This document shows positions 35,936 to 46,049 of a DNA stretch of 54,921 bases, one piece after another. The position numbers and the translations under genes are program-made. The stretch lies in IMG/VR virus record IMGVR_UViG_3300050003_000010, positions 1 through 54,921 of that record; one strand, 5' to 3'. Numbering within the stretch: position 1 is the stretch's first letter; each line of letters begins with the position of its first letter. Source of the stretch: a virus (taxonomy: Duplodnaviria > Caudoviricetes). The notes under the pieces were generated by a model. The model saw only the letters and a list, made by a program, of their open reading frames with translations. It had not been told where the DNA came from and did not search any database.

Positions 35936-36279
35936 CGCAGCGCCCGCCGGATCTCGGCCGCGACCAGGTCCAGGGCGGTGCCGGACTCCGCCTCGGCCGT
36001 GTCCTCCAGGTACTTGGCCTTGCGGCCCGGCAGGTGGTGGTACGTCAGGTCCTCGTGCTGGTCGACCGCGTACGGCGTGTCGTAGGCGACGGCCGCGGTC
36101 AGCGTCCCGGCGTCGACGGTCGCAGTGCCGGAGCGCTCCAGGGGGCCCTCGTCGAGCGGGACCTGCTTGTTGCTCTCGCCGAGGATGTGTTCGCCTCCAA
36201 GCAGCAGCCCGCGGGCCGCTCCGTCGCGGGCGAGCCCGGTCACGGCGGCGCCGTTCCAGGTCACAGTGGCTCGGGTCAT
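35932..36279 (-). CDS. Neck protein (HK97 gp10-like)
   Basis: VPLDEGPLERSG...YDTPYAVDQHEDL...KAKYLE. Confidence 0.8.
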   Translation of the reverse strand: MTRATVTWNGAAVTGLARDGAARGLLLGGEHILGESNKQVPLDEGPLERSGTATVDAGTLTAAVAYDTPYAVDQHEDLTYHHLPGRKAKYLEDTAEAESGTALDLVAAEIRRALR

Positions 36280-36590
36280 TGCAGCATCACCTCCGTGTTG
36301 CTCGGTACCGCCGCGATGCCGACTCCTGCGCGCCGCACGGTGATCACCGTCGTGATCCGCCCGCCGGGCAGCGTCACCCTGGAGCCGGGCGGCGGGTCGT
36401 GGTCGGGCGGTGTGATGTACGTAGCCGACGAGGCGACCTCGCGGCCGTCGGGCGCGCGGACCAGGGTGGTTGCCTCGGTCAGCAGGCAGGCGACCGCAGT
36501 TGCCGCGGCGTACACGGGGCCGTGCGCGCCGTCGCCCGCGTACGCCTCGACCGTCACGGTGTGGGCGAGGAGCATGCCCGGGATGTTCAC
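36276..36590 (-). CDS. Head closure/stopper protein
   Basis: HTVTVEAYAG.GAHGPVY...VRAPDGREVASS. Confidence 0.75.
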   Translation of the reverse strand: MNIPGMLLAHTVTVEAYAGDGAHGPVYAAATAVACLLTEATTLVRAPDGREVASSATYITPPDHDPPPGSRVTLPGGRITTVITVRRAGVGIAAVPSNTEVMLQ

Positions 36591-37006
36591 CACCACCAGG
36601 CTCCCGCCGTCGAGACCACGCCGAGCCGGAACGCGGTCGAGGGCAGGGCCGCGAGGACATCGAGCGCCGACTCGGGCAGGGCCGCGGACGTGGTGACCGG
36701 GTCGGCGGCCGCCCTGGACAGGGAGACCGAACCGGCGCTGACCGTTGTCCACCCGCCTCCGCCGGTCCCGCTGTCACCGGTGTCCAGCCGGTATTCGACG
36801 ATCGCGCACGTCGCCTCCGCCAGGGCCTGCGCGACCTCGGGGTCGGTCGGCAGGCCGGACGGGCCGACGTCGTACACGGCCGTCAGCAGCACACGCGAGA
36901 GCCGTTGTGATGCCTTGGCGAGCTGCAGCTCGGCATCGGCGGGCACCTCCAGACGAGGCGGCAGCCATGCCTCCAGGTCGGCGACGGTGGCGTAGACGAG
37001 AGGCAT
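36587..37006 (-). CDS. Head-to-tail adaptor
   Basis: YATVADL...LAKAS...ALAEATCA.VEY...VSAGSVSLS. Confidence 0.8.
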   Translation of the reverse strand: MPLVYATVADLEAWLPPRLEVPADAELQLAKASQRLSRVLLTAVYDVGPSGLPTDPEVAQALAEATCAIVEYRLDTGDSGTGGGGWTTVSAGSVSLSRAAADPVTTSAALPESALDVLAALPSTAFRLGVVSTAGAWWW

Positions 37007-37019
37007 GGCGTCCCTCCCA

Positions 37020-37586
37020 TCAGGTCGCGATGACCAGCGGCACCTGCCGCTTGAACGCCGGCGTCGCGATCGTCGCCGGTGCGGTCGTGGTGAGGCTGGA
37101 GCCGGACGTCTGCGACAGGTTCCCCTCGCCGGTGAGGACCGGCTTGGCGCCGACGGTGCCGACCAGGCTCGGCGGCGTGGTCGCGGTCACGTTGATCGCG
37201 GCGTAGTAGATGCCGCTCTTCGTGATCCGCTGGGCGGTCGCCAGCGCCAGGGTCTTCGCGGTGTCCGCCGCCCAGGCCGTGGTGGTCTGGTCGGCGGTTT
37301 GCGCGAGCAGGGTGCCCGCGCCGGTGTAGAGCGCGAACCAGTACGCCGTCGGCGTACCGGCGGCGGTGCCGGCCGACACGAACGTGAGGTTCGTGATCAG
37401 GTCGCCGTCGTTGAGGTAGATCGCCGCCGAGGTCATGACGCCGGTCGCGAGTGCGGCGACGTCGTCGAGTCCCACCCGCGGCAGGTTCGCCCGGTGGAAC
37501 ACGGCCTCCGGGTCGGGGCGGCCGGCGCTGTTGAGCCAGCCGAGGTCGTTGCGGACGAGGCCGCGGTATGCGCCGAGGACGGTCAC
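37020..37586 (-). CDS. Beta-rich structural protein (capsid decoration candidate)
   Basis: Thr/Ala-rich; between capsid and adaptor genes. Confidence 0.6.
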   Translation of the reverse strand: MTVLGAYRGLVRNDLGWLNSAGRPDPEAVFHRANLPRVGLDDVAALATGVMTSAAIYLNDGDLITNLTFVSAGTAAGTPTAYWFALYTGAGTLLAQTADQTTTAWAADTAKTLALATAQRITKSGIYYAAINVTATTPPSLVGTVGAKPVLTGEGNLSQTSGSSLTTTAPATIATPAFKRQVPLVIAT

Positions 37587-38050
37587 TGGGTCGGTCCCTT
37601 CGGGTCGGTCTTGGTCTCGTCCGGCGTCGGGGCCGGGGACTTCGCGGCCAGCAGCGCCTCACGCTGCTTGACGATCCCGGCCCGGTTCTGGCCGGCGGCC
37701 TCGGCGTCGAGGACGCGCTCGGCTTCGGCCCGGCCGGCACCGTCGAGGTGGGACAGGACCGCGGCCACGGTGTGCTCGCTCGGGTCGAACGGGCCCTGGA
37801 AGCCGCCGCCGGTCTGGGCGATGCTGCCGCTCGGGCTTGCCGGGGGCGGGGTGACGAGGTCCGTCACCATCTCCTCCAGGCTCTGCTCGGGCGCCTCGGA
37901 AACGCCGTAGCCGCCGCGGCGGAAGTACGCCAGCGCCGCCCTGTCGGCGTCGGTGCCGTCGGTGACGAAGCCGGTGCCGTTCTTGAACGCGACACCGGCG
38001 ACCTCGCCCGTGAACGTGCGGACGGGCGCCTCGATCTGATAGCGCGTCAT
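37583..38050 (-). CDS. Head-associated hypothetical protein
   Basis: MTRYQIEAPV..FTG.VAGVAF..G; C-terminal HTVAAVLSHL...AEAAGQNRAGI. Confidence 0.7.
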   Translation of the reverse strand: MTRYQIEAPVRTFTGEVAGVAFKNGTGFVTDGTDADRAALAYFRRGGYGVSEAPEQSLEEMVTDLVTPPPASPSGSIAQTGGGFQGPFDPSEHTVAAVLSHLDGAGRAEAERVLDAEAAGQNRAGIVKQREALLAAKSPAPTPDETKTDPKGPTQ

Positions 38051-38052
38051 GA

Positions 38053-39117
38053 TCAGCTCACCTTCACGTTGCGCAGGACGCCGCAGCTCTTGGTGTTGCG
38101 CAGGACCGCGCCCACCGGGCCCATCTCGACCTCGCCGGTCTTGACCGCCCCGGCCTGGGCGAAGTCGGGCAGCCACGTCTGGACGAGGGGCTTGCCCGCC
38201 ATCGCCGCACCGTGGAACGAGTCCAGGCCGAAGCTCACGGCGTAGATGTCGGTCAGTCCGGTGATGACACCGCCCGCGCCGCCGCCGTCGGTGTCCGCCG
38301 ACCGGATCGGGATGATCGGCGCGGACCCGTCGACGCGGTCGCCCAGGTCGACGAGGACCCACGGCCCGTACATGTCGATCTGGCGGCCCAGGTCGTCCTT
38401 GTTGGACGTGAACTGGCTGGCGCGCCGAGCCAAGGACTTGAGGCGGGCGATGGACTTGGTGTTGCCGAGGATGGCCTTCACTCCGGGCGGAAGGCTGCCG
38501 GCCGCGCCGCCGTCGCCGGATCCGGTCTGCGATGCGACGATCCGGGCGAGGAAGTCGTCGAGCGAGTCGAACGCCGCCATCGCCAAGTCTTCGGTGGTGA
38601 TCGCCGCCGGGGACCAGTTGATGTAGCCCGTGGCCACGCCCTCGTTGATCGGCAGGTACTCGGTCGACTGCCCCACCAGGCTCTTGTCGAGGCCGTCGAA
38701 GCCGGCGTCGTCGACCGCCACATCGCCCAGGATCAGCTCCTGCTGGAAGCGCGTGCGCACCGACGTGAGCTTCTGCGACATCTGGAACATGATCTCGTTG
38801 GTGGCCGCCGGGCCCAGGTTCGCGAGCGAACGGTCGATGTTGAACGCACCGCCGAGGGGGTGTAGTTCGGTGCTCTTGCGTTCCTTCGTGGCCTGGTTCG
38901 TCGGGTATTCCTCGTTGAACCGGCGGAACTGCGCGGTCGACGGGGCGAGGAGCCGCGTGTACCCGTAGGTGAGGGTGCCTCCGCCCGTGCCCGGGTTGAC
39001 GACGTTGTCCCACACCATGTGGTCCAGCAGCCACGAGTTGCGGCGAAGGTTGTCGATGACGGCGAAATCGATGTCCGCCTGCGTGTTGAGCTGCGCCTGA
39101 GCGAGCGTGACGGGCAC
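38053..39117 (-). CDS. Major capsid protein
   Basis: PVTLAQAQL...FRRFNEEY...LGGAFNIDR...FDGLDK...GVLRNVKV; follows scaffold. Confidence 0.92.
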   Translation of the reverse strand: MPVTLAQAQLNTQADIDFAVIDNLRRNSWLLDHMVWDNVVNPGTGGGTLTYGYTRLLAPSTAQFRRFNEEYPTNQATKERKSTELHPLGGAFNIDRSLANLGPAATNEIMFQMSQKLTSVRTRFQQELILGDVAVDDAGFDGLDKSLVGQSTEYLPINEGVATGYINWSPAAITTEDLAMAAFDSLDDFLARIVASQTGSGDGGAAGSLPPGVKAILGNTKSIARLKSLARRASQFTSNKDDLGRQIDMYGPWVLVDLGDRVDGSAPIIPIRSADTDGGGAGGVITGLTDIYAVSFGLDSFHGAAMAGKPLVQTWLPDFAQAGAVKTGEVEMGPVGAVLRNTKSCGVLRNVKVS

Positions 39118-39135
39118 GGGGTCCTCCTGGGTTGG

Positions 39136-39912
39136 CTATGTGCCGTAGTGGGCGCCGATGGCGCCGCTGAGGGATGTGGTGCGGGGCTTGTTCGTCTCAC
39201 CCGCGCCGTCGCTGAGGTCCGCGCCGGAGCGGCCCGCGACAGGCGTGGCCTTGAGCGACGGGTTCTCCTTGACGGCGTCCTTGATCGCGCTGTCGAGCGC
39301 CGCCCCGAAGCTCTTGGCGGTCGGATCAAGATCGGCTACGGCCTTGAGGAACGAGCGCGAGTCGAGCAGCGCACTCGCCTTCGCCTGGTGCTTCTCGGCG
39401 CGCAGGTGGACGGCAAGTTCGACGTCCTTCGCCCGCAGCGCGCCCTCCAGGTCGCCGATGCGGCCGTCCTTCTCCGCGACCGCCGCCGCGAGTTTGGCGG
39501 GGTCCGGCGGAGAGTCGTCCTCGACGAGACCGAGAAGCTTGCCGATCTCCGTCGCGAACTGCTTCTTCGCCTCGTCGGCGGCCTGCGCCTTGGCGGTGGT
39601 GCGGGTCTTCGCCGCCTCGCCCCGTGCTTCCTTCAGCTCCCGCTCCAGGCGGGAGATGACGGCCTTGGGGTCGTCGTCGGCGTCCTTGCCGGTCGACTTG
39701 GCCGCGGGCGGTGCGGGCTTGGGCGCCTGGCCCTGCTCGGTACCGGCCTCGGCGCCGTCGGTCTGCTCGGTCTCGGTACCCTGCTCGGTGCTCTCGCCCT
39801 CGCCGGAGCCGCCCTTGATCGGCCAGTAGGCGCGGCCGGTCCGCGGCGAGACGTACACGGCGGTGAGGCCGGTGCGCGGGTGTACGGGCATGACGATGTC
39901 GGGGGTCTGCAT
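39136..39912 (-). CDS. Capsid scaffolding protein
   Basis: WPIKGGSG acidic N-terminus; ARGEAAKTR coiled coil; LLDSRSFL; RSGADL. Confidence 0.85.
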   Translation of the reverse strand: MQTPDIVMPVHPRTGLTAVYVSPRTGRAYWPIKGGSGEGESTEQGTETEQTDGAEAGTEQGQAPKPAPPAAKSTGKDADDDPKAVISRLERELKEARGEAAKTRTTAKAQAADEAKKQFATEIGKLLGLVEDDSPPDPAKLAAAVAEKDGRIGDLEGALRAKDVELAVHLRAEKHQAKASALLDSRSFLKAVADLDPTAKSFGAALDSAIKDAVKENPSLKATPVAGRSGADLSDGAGETNKPRTTSLSGAIGAHYGT

Positions 39913-39968
39913 GGGTGCCCTCCTGGGGCGTGTAGGGCTCGCACCTGGCGGGCCGGTGGTTCTGGTGT

Positions 39969-41384
39969 TCAGTCGCGTGGCAGGCCGCGGCGCTTCATCT
40001 CCTCGTACACAGCGACGCCCCGGAAGCTCAGTTCGGCCATGCCGGGCTCGGGTGTCCCGTGCCGGGTGCGGAGGTAGTCGAGCTCGGCGCGGAGCTGCTT
40101 GTCGGGCATGCGTTTGACGTTGCGCCGGGTTCCGGGCTTGAACGGGACGTCGTCGTACTTGGCGGCGCTGGCAGCCTTCTTCGCCGCAGGCTTCTTTGCC
40201 GCAGCGGTGGGCGGTTTCGGCGGCTTGCGTGGCGCGGGCGTGCGCAGTGTCGGCGAGCCGCTGATGCCCGGGTTCCCGGTCATCGGGCTCTCTCGCTCGC
40301 GCTTGCGGCGCAGGCCGGTCTCCTCGACGTGCTCGCGCATCGCCGCCTGGTGGGTGCGGACCCGGGCCGCCGCCGCCTTGCGGGTGGGCTCGTCGAGCGC
40401 TGCGGCCTCCCGCTTCTTCCACTTGCGGATTGCCCGCTCGATCGCCCGCTGGCGTTGGGTGTCGGCGTAGGTGGCGCCGGTCGGGTGCGGAATCGGGCGT
40501 GGTGGCGTCGAGACGCCGACCAGGTAGGCGGACACGCTGCACCGGCAGTTGGGGTGCAACAGCCCCTTGGCCCTGGCGTCGGGCAGCGTGCCCGCCACGG
40601 TGACGCTGACCCACCGTTCCTCGGTGGCGTGCCGCAGCATCACGGTGCCGGCGGCCCCGCCCGAGCGCCACAGGATCTTGCCCGACCACTTGTCGCAGCG
40701 TGGGCAGTGCAGGGGCTGTTCGGACACCGTGACCAGCTCGACGCCGCCGGCGCCCAGCCGGTCCGTGTGGGCCTCGATCGCGGCCCGCCCCACGCTGGTG
40801 CGGAGGGCCATCTCGGCGTACTCGGCCATGCCCCAGCCGCGGCCTCGGCTGTCGACAAAGTGCACGACACCCCGGTCGACGAGCCGGTCCAGGGCGCGCT
40901 GTGTGGCCTGTCGCCTGCTCTCGACGCCGAGCGCCGGAGCGGCTGATGCCTCGGCGATCACCGACCGGTAGACATCCTGGGTCTGCCGCAGGATCGCCGT
41001 CCGGACCGGCGTGAGCGTGTCCATCACCGCGGCGGCGAGCCGGTCCACGACCGGGGCCGTCGGCAGGGTGGCCGCGGCAACGGCCGCCTGCCCCGCCGCG
41101 ACAGCACCGAGTTCGGCTACGGCCGCCTGCTGGCCCCGGTCGTACGCCGTGGCGAGCGCCTCGCTCACGGTGGTGGCGGTCTCGCCGGCGAGGGAGTCGG
41201 CGATGCCCGCGAGAGCAGTGGAGAGGTCGCCGAGCGCCGCGAGCTTGGCCTCCGCCCAGTTGGGCAAGGCCATGCCTGCCGCGAGGGTGCGCCGGATCGT
41301 GTCGATCAGGACGTACTCGGCGGCCCGGTACAGGTCTCCGAGTACGCCGGCGAGATCCTCGGCCATCGCTGGGGATACCGGCAT
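39969..41384 (-). CDS. Phage minor capsid protein 2 (MuF-like) with C-terminal extension
   Basis: FVDSRGRGW.MAEYAEMA.RT...CPRC..W.GK...GLLHPNCRC...QRQRAIERAIRKWK. Confidence 0.88.
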   Translation of the reverse strand: MPVSPAMAEDLAGVLGDLYRAAEYVLIDTIRRTLAAGMALPNWAEAKLAALGDLSTALAGIADSLAGETATTVSEALATAYDRGQQAAVAELGAVAAGQAAVAAATLPTAPVVDRLAAAVMDTLTPVRTAILRQTQDVYRSVIAEASAAPALGVESRRQATQRALDRLVDRGVVHFVDSRGRGWGMAEYAEMALRTSVGRAAIEAHTDRLGAGGVELVTVSEQPLHCPRCDKWSGKILWRSGGAAGTVMLRHATEERWVSVTVAGTLPDARAKGLLHPNCRCSVSAYLVGVSTPPRPIPHPTGATYADTQRQRAIERAIRKWKKREAAALDEPTRKAAAARVRTHQAAMREHVEETGLRRKRERESPMTGNPGISGSPTLRTPAPRKPPKPPTAAAKKPAAKKAASAAKYDDVPFKPGTRRNVKRMPDKQLRAELDYLRTRHGTPEPGMAELSFRGVAVYEEMKRRGLPRD

Positions 41385-41387
41385 GCG

Positions 41388-42938
41388 TCACCCCTCGATC
41401 AGGTCGGGCTCCTCGTCCGCGGGATCGTCCGGCGGCTCGTCGGCACCGAACGTCGTCGGGTCCTGGGTGCTCATCCCGGTCTCGGCCTGGATGCGGGCGA
41501 CCTCGTCGTCGATCCGATCGTCGTCCCAGTCGGGGTTGATGAGCCGAACGATCGTCTCCGTGGACGCGGCCTGCGCGCGACGCAGCAACTCGGCGGTCTC
41601 GGCCAAGGTCTTGGGATCCTCGGAGATCGAATCCTGGAACTCGACGTCGGGGCACTCGACCTCGACGTCGCCCTTGAACAACAGCCCCGCCTCGACCGCG
41701 AGCTGGGCCTCGATGATCTCGGCGATCGCGATCTTCCCGTACAACGCCTTGTGGGCGCGGGTGCTCATCGACCGTGCGTTCCGGGCCCGGATCTCGGTCG
41801 CCGTCACCGCGGCGCCTTCGGAGTCGGACCCGAACGTGCCCGCGCTGTAACCGGCCTGGCGTACGGCCTGCTGGGTCAGCTCCAGGCAGGTGCCCCGATG
41901 CTCCTCGATGCGGATCTTGAACTGCACGAGCGTCAACTGTGACGAACTGTCGGCGCGTTGCAGGACGTTGAGGCCGCTGTAGATCTCGCGGTCGTCGAAC
42001 GACGCCCCCTGGCCGGGGCCGTTGCCGGCGAGCATGCTCTCGGGCACGATCACCCGGCCTGCGCCGAGGCGGACGTCCCGCATCCACGAGGAGTACGTCT
42101 CGTCCAGCGCGTCGAGGATGCCCTCGATGCCCTGGTAGTCGGAGCGGCCGAGGTTGGCCGCGCCCGGGATGTTCCGCCAGGCCCTGGCCGGGCGGATGTT
42201 CGGCAGGTAGGCCGCGGTCAGGTGCTTGAGGGCGCCTGTCTCCACCACCGGCTTCAGGCCCTTGGTCTCGGCGCGGGCATCGAGCGGAAGTGGCTTGCCG
42301 AGGATGCCCTCGGTGCCTTCGTACAGGCCGTGCAGGATGTAGCCGCGCTCGTGTCGCTCGAGGTGCCGGGTCACCTGCTGTCCGTCGACGGCGAGGACGC
42401 GCCAGAACGTGACCGCCCACAGCCGACCGTAGCGCCACTCGGGGGCGGCGCCGTCGGCATGGACGACGTCGATCCAGGGCCGGTCGGACATCTCCAGGTC
42501 CCATACGACCCGCAGGTAGGCGCCGCCGAGTGCCGCACAGACCTCGCCGAGTTCGATGAGCTTGGTGTGGAGGCCGCCCTCGATCATCTCGACGATCCGG
42601 TCCTGCGTGGCGCCGTGCGCGACGGTGATCGACGGGGGCTCACTGAACAGGAGGTTGCTGCTGGTACGGGCGATGTCGCCGGCCAGCGGCACGTGGAGCT
42701 TGACGCGCTTCTCGCCGATCGGCGTCGGCTGCCCCCACCACCAGCGGGCGAACCGGCCGGTGATCCCGCCGCGGTACTGGCTGGGCCGGTTCTGGACGCT
42801 CTTGTCGCCGCGGTTGCGGTAGCGCTCGGCGAGGCGGTCCGGGTCGGCGCTGTACCAGGCGTCCCAGTCGGCCATGGCGTCGCGGACGGTGGCGTCGATC
42901 GGCGGCCACGGGAGGTTCTTGCCCTCGGGCAGAGGCAT
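41388..42938 (-). CDS. Portal protein (SPP1/A118-type)
   Basis: KLHVPLAGDIA..S..LLFSEPP...GRSDY...LDETYSSWMRD...TATEI. Confidence 0.92.
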   Translation of the reverse strand: MPLPEGKNLPWPPIDATVRDAMADWDAWYSADPDRLAERYRNRGDKSVQNRPSQYRGGITGRFARWWWGQPTPIGEKRVKLHVPLAGDIARTSSNLLFSEPPSITVAHGATQDRIVEMIEGGLHTKLIELGEVCAALGGAYLRVVWDLEMSDRPWIDVVHADGAAPEWRYGRLWAVTFWRVLAVDGQQVTRHLERHERGYILHGLYEGTEGILGKPLPLDARAETKGLKPVVETGALKHLTAAYLPNIRPARAWRNIPGAANLGRSDYQGIEGILDALDETYSSWMRDVRLGAGRVIVPESMLAGNGPGQGASFDDREIYSGLNVLQRADSSSQLTLVQFKIRIEEHRGTCLELTQQAVRQAGYSAGTFGSDSEGAAVTATEIRARNARSMSTRAHKALYGKIAIAEIIEAQLAVEAGLLFKGDVEVECPDVEFQDSISEDPKTLAETAELLRRAQAASTETIVRLINPDWDDDRIDDEVARIQAETGMSTQDPTTFGADEPPDDPADEEPDLIEG

Positions 42939-43198
42939 CAGGCGCCTCCCTCCGGCGGTGTCCAGCCGAGCGCCCGCAGGGCGGCGACCGTCTTCTCGGG
43001 GAGAACGACCGCCACTTCGCCGTCGATCTCGATGTCGTGGACCAAGAGATCGAGGGTCAGTGTCGTGAGGCTGCTCCCGGCCGCCGAGTCCAGGCGCATC
43101 GCGCGCGTGGCGCCTTGAACGGCCACGCCGTCGATCTCGATCAGATTCGATCCGCTGCCGGGGCGAGGGAGGCGGATACGTGCGGTGTGCGTGGTCAC
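42938..43198 (-). CDS. Small hypothetical protein between terminase and portal
   Basis: GTGA overlap with terL; IEIDGVAV. Confidence 0.65.
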   Translation of the reverse strand: MTTHTARIRLPRPGSGSNLIEIDGVAVQGATRAMRLDSAAGSSLTTLTLDLLVHDIEIDGEVAVVLPEKTVAALRALGWTPPEGGA

Positions 43199-44475
43199 GC
43201 GGCGACCTCCAGGTGGGTCGGGATGTGGGGTCGCCACAGGGACTCGGTGGTACGGACGCCGTAGCGGAGCGCATCACAGGAGTGGTCGTTTTCCTTGAGC
43301 GGCTCGTCTTGGCCCGCCTCGGCGGCGGCGTCGTCCCAGGCGTAGCCGGGGAGTTCGTCGATGAGGCCGACCGCCGACTCGTGCACCATCAAGCGACCGG
43401 CGGCGAAGAGGCTGGACACCGTGCGGATGCCGTCGAGGACGGCGTTGTCGGCCTGGGTGGCGCCGGAGACGCCGTCACGGTGGAGCTGCTCGATGTAGGA
43501 GGACGCCGACGGGTCGACGATCGTCCACTCGGGTTGCACGCCGATCACGTTGGACTCGGGGTGCGGCACGGCGGCGAGCCAGCGTTTACGTGCCTGGCTG
43601 TACTCGGTGTCCGTGAGCTGTCGTCGGGCACGCCGGGAGTCGTGCCGGTACTCGGACACTACGTACAGCCGGCGGTCGGCGCCGAGCCCGATCAGCAGGT
43701 CGGAGTACGGGTTGACGGTGCCGTAGTCGATCGCGTCGCACAACCAGCGGTCGATGCGGGGGAGTTCGCGGACGACGTGGCGGTCGGCCGTGAACATGTC
43801 GTAGATCGAACCCTCGGACTGGACCCACCGGCCCTCGATGAACCGCCGGTACCAGAGGCCGACGTACTCCGTCTTGAGCGCGCGCACGTATGCGGGATCG
43901 AGGCTGGGGTTGTCATCGAGGCTGAAGTGCCACGAGCGGAGGTCGAGTTCGCCGGCGCGTTGCAGGTACTCCTTGCGGATCCAGTGCCCGGGGTTGTCGG
44001 GGTTGGTCGTGCACAGCAGCCGGGCGCCGGGCGCGGACAGGCGCGCGAGCATCTGCCTGAAGTAGTCCCGTGGCAGGAGCGACGCCTCGTCCAGGTAGGC
44101 GAGACAAACGGTCGCGCCTCGGATCTTGCCTTCGGATCGTTTGTCGTTCGCGCCGATCAGGTGGACCGTCCGGCCCATGATCACCGCTGTCGACGCGCCC
44201 GGCGTCCACTTGATCAGCTTCGCCAGGGGCCCGAACAGGGCTTGGTCGACGAGCGGCTCCATGATGTTGCGGCCGATGGTGTCGAGCGTCCGACCGGTGA
44301 TAATGATCAGGCCCCGCGGTGGGGCCGCCGCCACGGCCGCCAGGAACGCGATGAGCGAGGCGATGGTCTTGCCGGACCGGACGGCGCCGTGCCAGATGCA
44401 GATGCGGGAGGTCGCATCGACAATGCTCTCGATCTGCTTCGGCGAGAGAATCTTGCGGATCTCTTCGGGGAGCAT
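43195..44475 (-). CDS. terL: Terminase large subunit (PBSX family)
   Basis: Walker A GAVRSGKT, Walker B AYLDEA, TTNPD, nuclease AIDYG / VDPSA / NDHSCDALRY. Confidence 0.96.
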   Translation of the reverse strand: MLPEEIRKILSPKQIESIVDATSRICIWHGAVRSGKTIASLIAFLAAVAAAPPRGLIIITGRTLDTIGRNIMEPLVDQALFGPLAKLIKWTPGASTAVIMGRTVHLIGANDKRSEGKIRGATVCLAYLDEASLLPRDYFRQMLARLSAPGARLLCTTNPDNPGHWIRKEYLQRAGELDLRSWHFSLDDNPSLDPAYVRALKTEYVGLWYRRFIEGRWVQSEGSIYDMFTADRHVVRELPRIDRWLCDAIDYGTVNPYSDLLIGLGADRRLYVVSEYRHDSRRARRQLTDTEYSQARKRWLAAVPHPESNVIGVQPEWTIVDPSASSYIEQLHRDGVSGATQADNAVLDGIRTVSSLFAAGRLMVHESAVGLIDELPGYAWDDAAAEAGQDEPLKENDHSCDALRYGVRTTESLWRPHIPTHLEVAA

Positions 44476-45008
44476 CAGGCCCCCTCGTCTGTGGCCTCCT
44501 GCTGATCGCGGTGGATCGCGGTGAGTCCGGCCATGAGGCTGGTGATGAGGTCGCGACCGGCTTGCTCGTCGCTGGACCCGGCATCGGGTGGGCAGAGCTT
44601 GAGGCTGCGGTCGTAGAGCATGCTGGCCGCGCTGGCGAGTGCCCGCTTGTCGGATGCCGGGGGTTCGTTGACCGCCCGTTCCTCGTAGGTGTTGTCCTTG
44701 CCGCCGAATGAATAGACGACGCTGGGCTCCGACATCTGCTCGCGGATGCGCATCGCGTCCAGCAGGCACATGTACGCCTCGCGGACCCGAAGCGATTCGA
44801 GATCCGCCTTTCGGGCGGCTGTCGCGGCCTCGACCTGTGGGCCGCGAGCGAACGTCAAGCCCGCCTCGGCGACGACCTTGGACACGGTGCCGGAGGCGCG
44901 TCCTGTCTCGCGACAGATGCCGTTGCGGCTGACGCCCTGGGCATGGAGTTCGAGGATCCGCTCACGGTCGGGATCGGTGAGCGGGTTCGACGTTCCCTGT
45001 CGGAGCAC
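44475..45008 (-). CDS. terS: Terminase small subunit (N-terminal HTH)
   Basis: RILELHAQGVSRNGICRETGRASGTVSK; directly upstream of terL. Confidence 0.75.
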   Translation of the reverse strand: MLRQGTSNPLTDPDRERILELHAQGVSRNGICRETGRASGTVSKVVAEAGLTFARGPQVEAATAARKADLESLRVREAYMCLLDAMRIREQMSEPSVVYSFGGKDNTYEERAVNEPPASDKRALASAASMLYDRSLKLCPPDAGSSDEQAGRDLITSLMAGLTAIHRDQQEATDEGA

Positions 45009-45017
45009 TGTCTCCTC

Positions 45018-46049
45018 CTACATCGGGTTGCCCTTGGTGAGGACGTCCCAGTCGTCCAGGCCGAGCGGATCGACCTGGGCGGCGGGGGAAATGCCGTACC
45101 AGTTGGCGTTCGTGCTGGCGGGCATGGCGCCCGGGCTGGCGTTGAAGCCGCCGGCCGTTGCGCGGACCACGCCGTCGTCGACCGGGGTCGCGAGGGCCCC
45201 GGTCGTGACGCTGTACCGGCCTGCGGGGCAGGCGTAGCTCGCCCAGTAGTCGGTGGCGAGGCTCGGGATGTAGGGGGTGGTGAACACGGCCAGGTTCCAG
45301 CCGTCGACCGGCGAGGGCGTGACGGCGGTCGCGAGGAGCGCGGAGTCCGACTGTCGCCACAGGTGCACTGTGTTCGCCGTGTTGGCCGATGAGCCGCGGT
45401 ACCAGTAGATGCCGGTGAGGCTGCAGGCGACGAGGATCCGGAAGCGGACGCCCAGTTCGTAGTCGCCCGTGTCGCTCTCGGTGGGCGATGTGGGCGGCGT
45501 CGGATAGATGACGCCGAACTCGCCGGCGGTGAGCGTGGTGGGCGGAGCCACGTTGATGTTGGTCCGCTTGGCGATGGCGAGGACGCCGGTGGAGCGGACG
45601 CGCACGAGGTCGCCCGCGGCGTAGGTGGTGGCGCCGTCCCAGTCGGTTTTCCACGCGTCGGCGAAGGAGACGCCGGCCGGCCCGGTTGCCCCGGTCGCGC
45701 CGGTTGCCCCCGTGGCTCCGGTCGCACCAGCAGCTCCGGTCGGCCCCTGGGCGCCATCGGCTCCGGACGGCCCTTGGGCACCTGTCGCGCCCGTGGCGCC
45801 GGTGGCACCAGCCGGGCCCTGGGGACCTGTTGCCCCTGTTGCGCCGGCCGGGCCTGTCGCGCCGTCCGCTCCCGCGGGGCCCGTTGCCCCGGTTGCCCCG
45901 GTGGCGCCCTGGGGTCCTGCCGGTCCCGTCGCCCCGGTGGCGCCGGCGGGCCCGGCAGGACCCTGCGCCCCGGGCGGGCCGGGCTGCCCGGTCGCCTCGA
46001 CGGTGATGTCGGTGACGCTGGTCTCGACGGTGATCACGGTGTCGGTCAT
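45018..46049 (-). CDS. Collagen-like fibre protein with DUF4082-like C-terminal domain
   Basis: Long Gly-X-Y run (GAT/GPA/GPQ); YELGVRFR...TGIYWY...VHLW...GWN...Y.ASY..P.GRY. Confidence 0.82.
   Translation of the reverse strand: MTDTVITVETSVTDITVEATGQPGPPGAQGPAGPAGATGATGPAGPQGATGATGATGPAGADGATGPAGATGATGPQGPAGATGATGATGAQGPSGADGAQGPTGAAGATGATGATGATGATGPAGVSFADAWKTDWDGATTYAAGDLVRVRSTGVLAIAKRTNINVAPPTTLTAGEFGVIYPTPPTSPTESDTGDYELGVRFRILVACSLTGIYWYRGSSANTANTVHLWRQSDSALLATAVTPSPVDGWNLAVFTTPYIPSLATDYWASYACPAGRYSVTTGALATPVDDGVVRATAGGFNASPGAMPASTNANWYGISPAAQVDPLGLDDWDVLTKGNPM
45678..45992 (-). repeat. Collagen Gly-X-Y coding repeat
   Basis: Degenerate 9-bp periodic repeats. Confidence 0.9.

Noticed and set aside
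39136-42504. 1122-aa ORF spanning portal to scaffold
   Set aside because: Shadow frame; the credible scaffold gene starts at 39912.
45678-45992. CRISPR array or non-coding tandem repeat
   Set aside because: Fully explained by collagen Gly-X-Y coding; no repeat-spacer structure or cas genes in the window.
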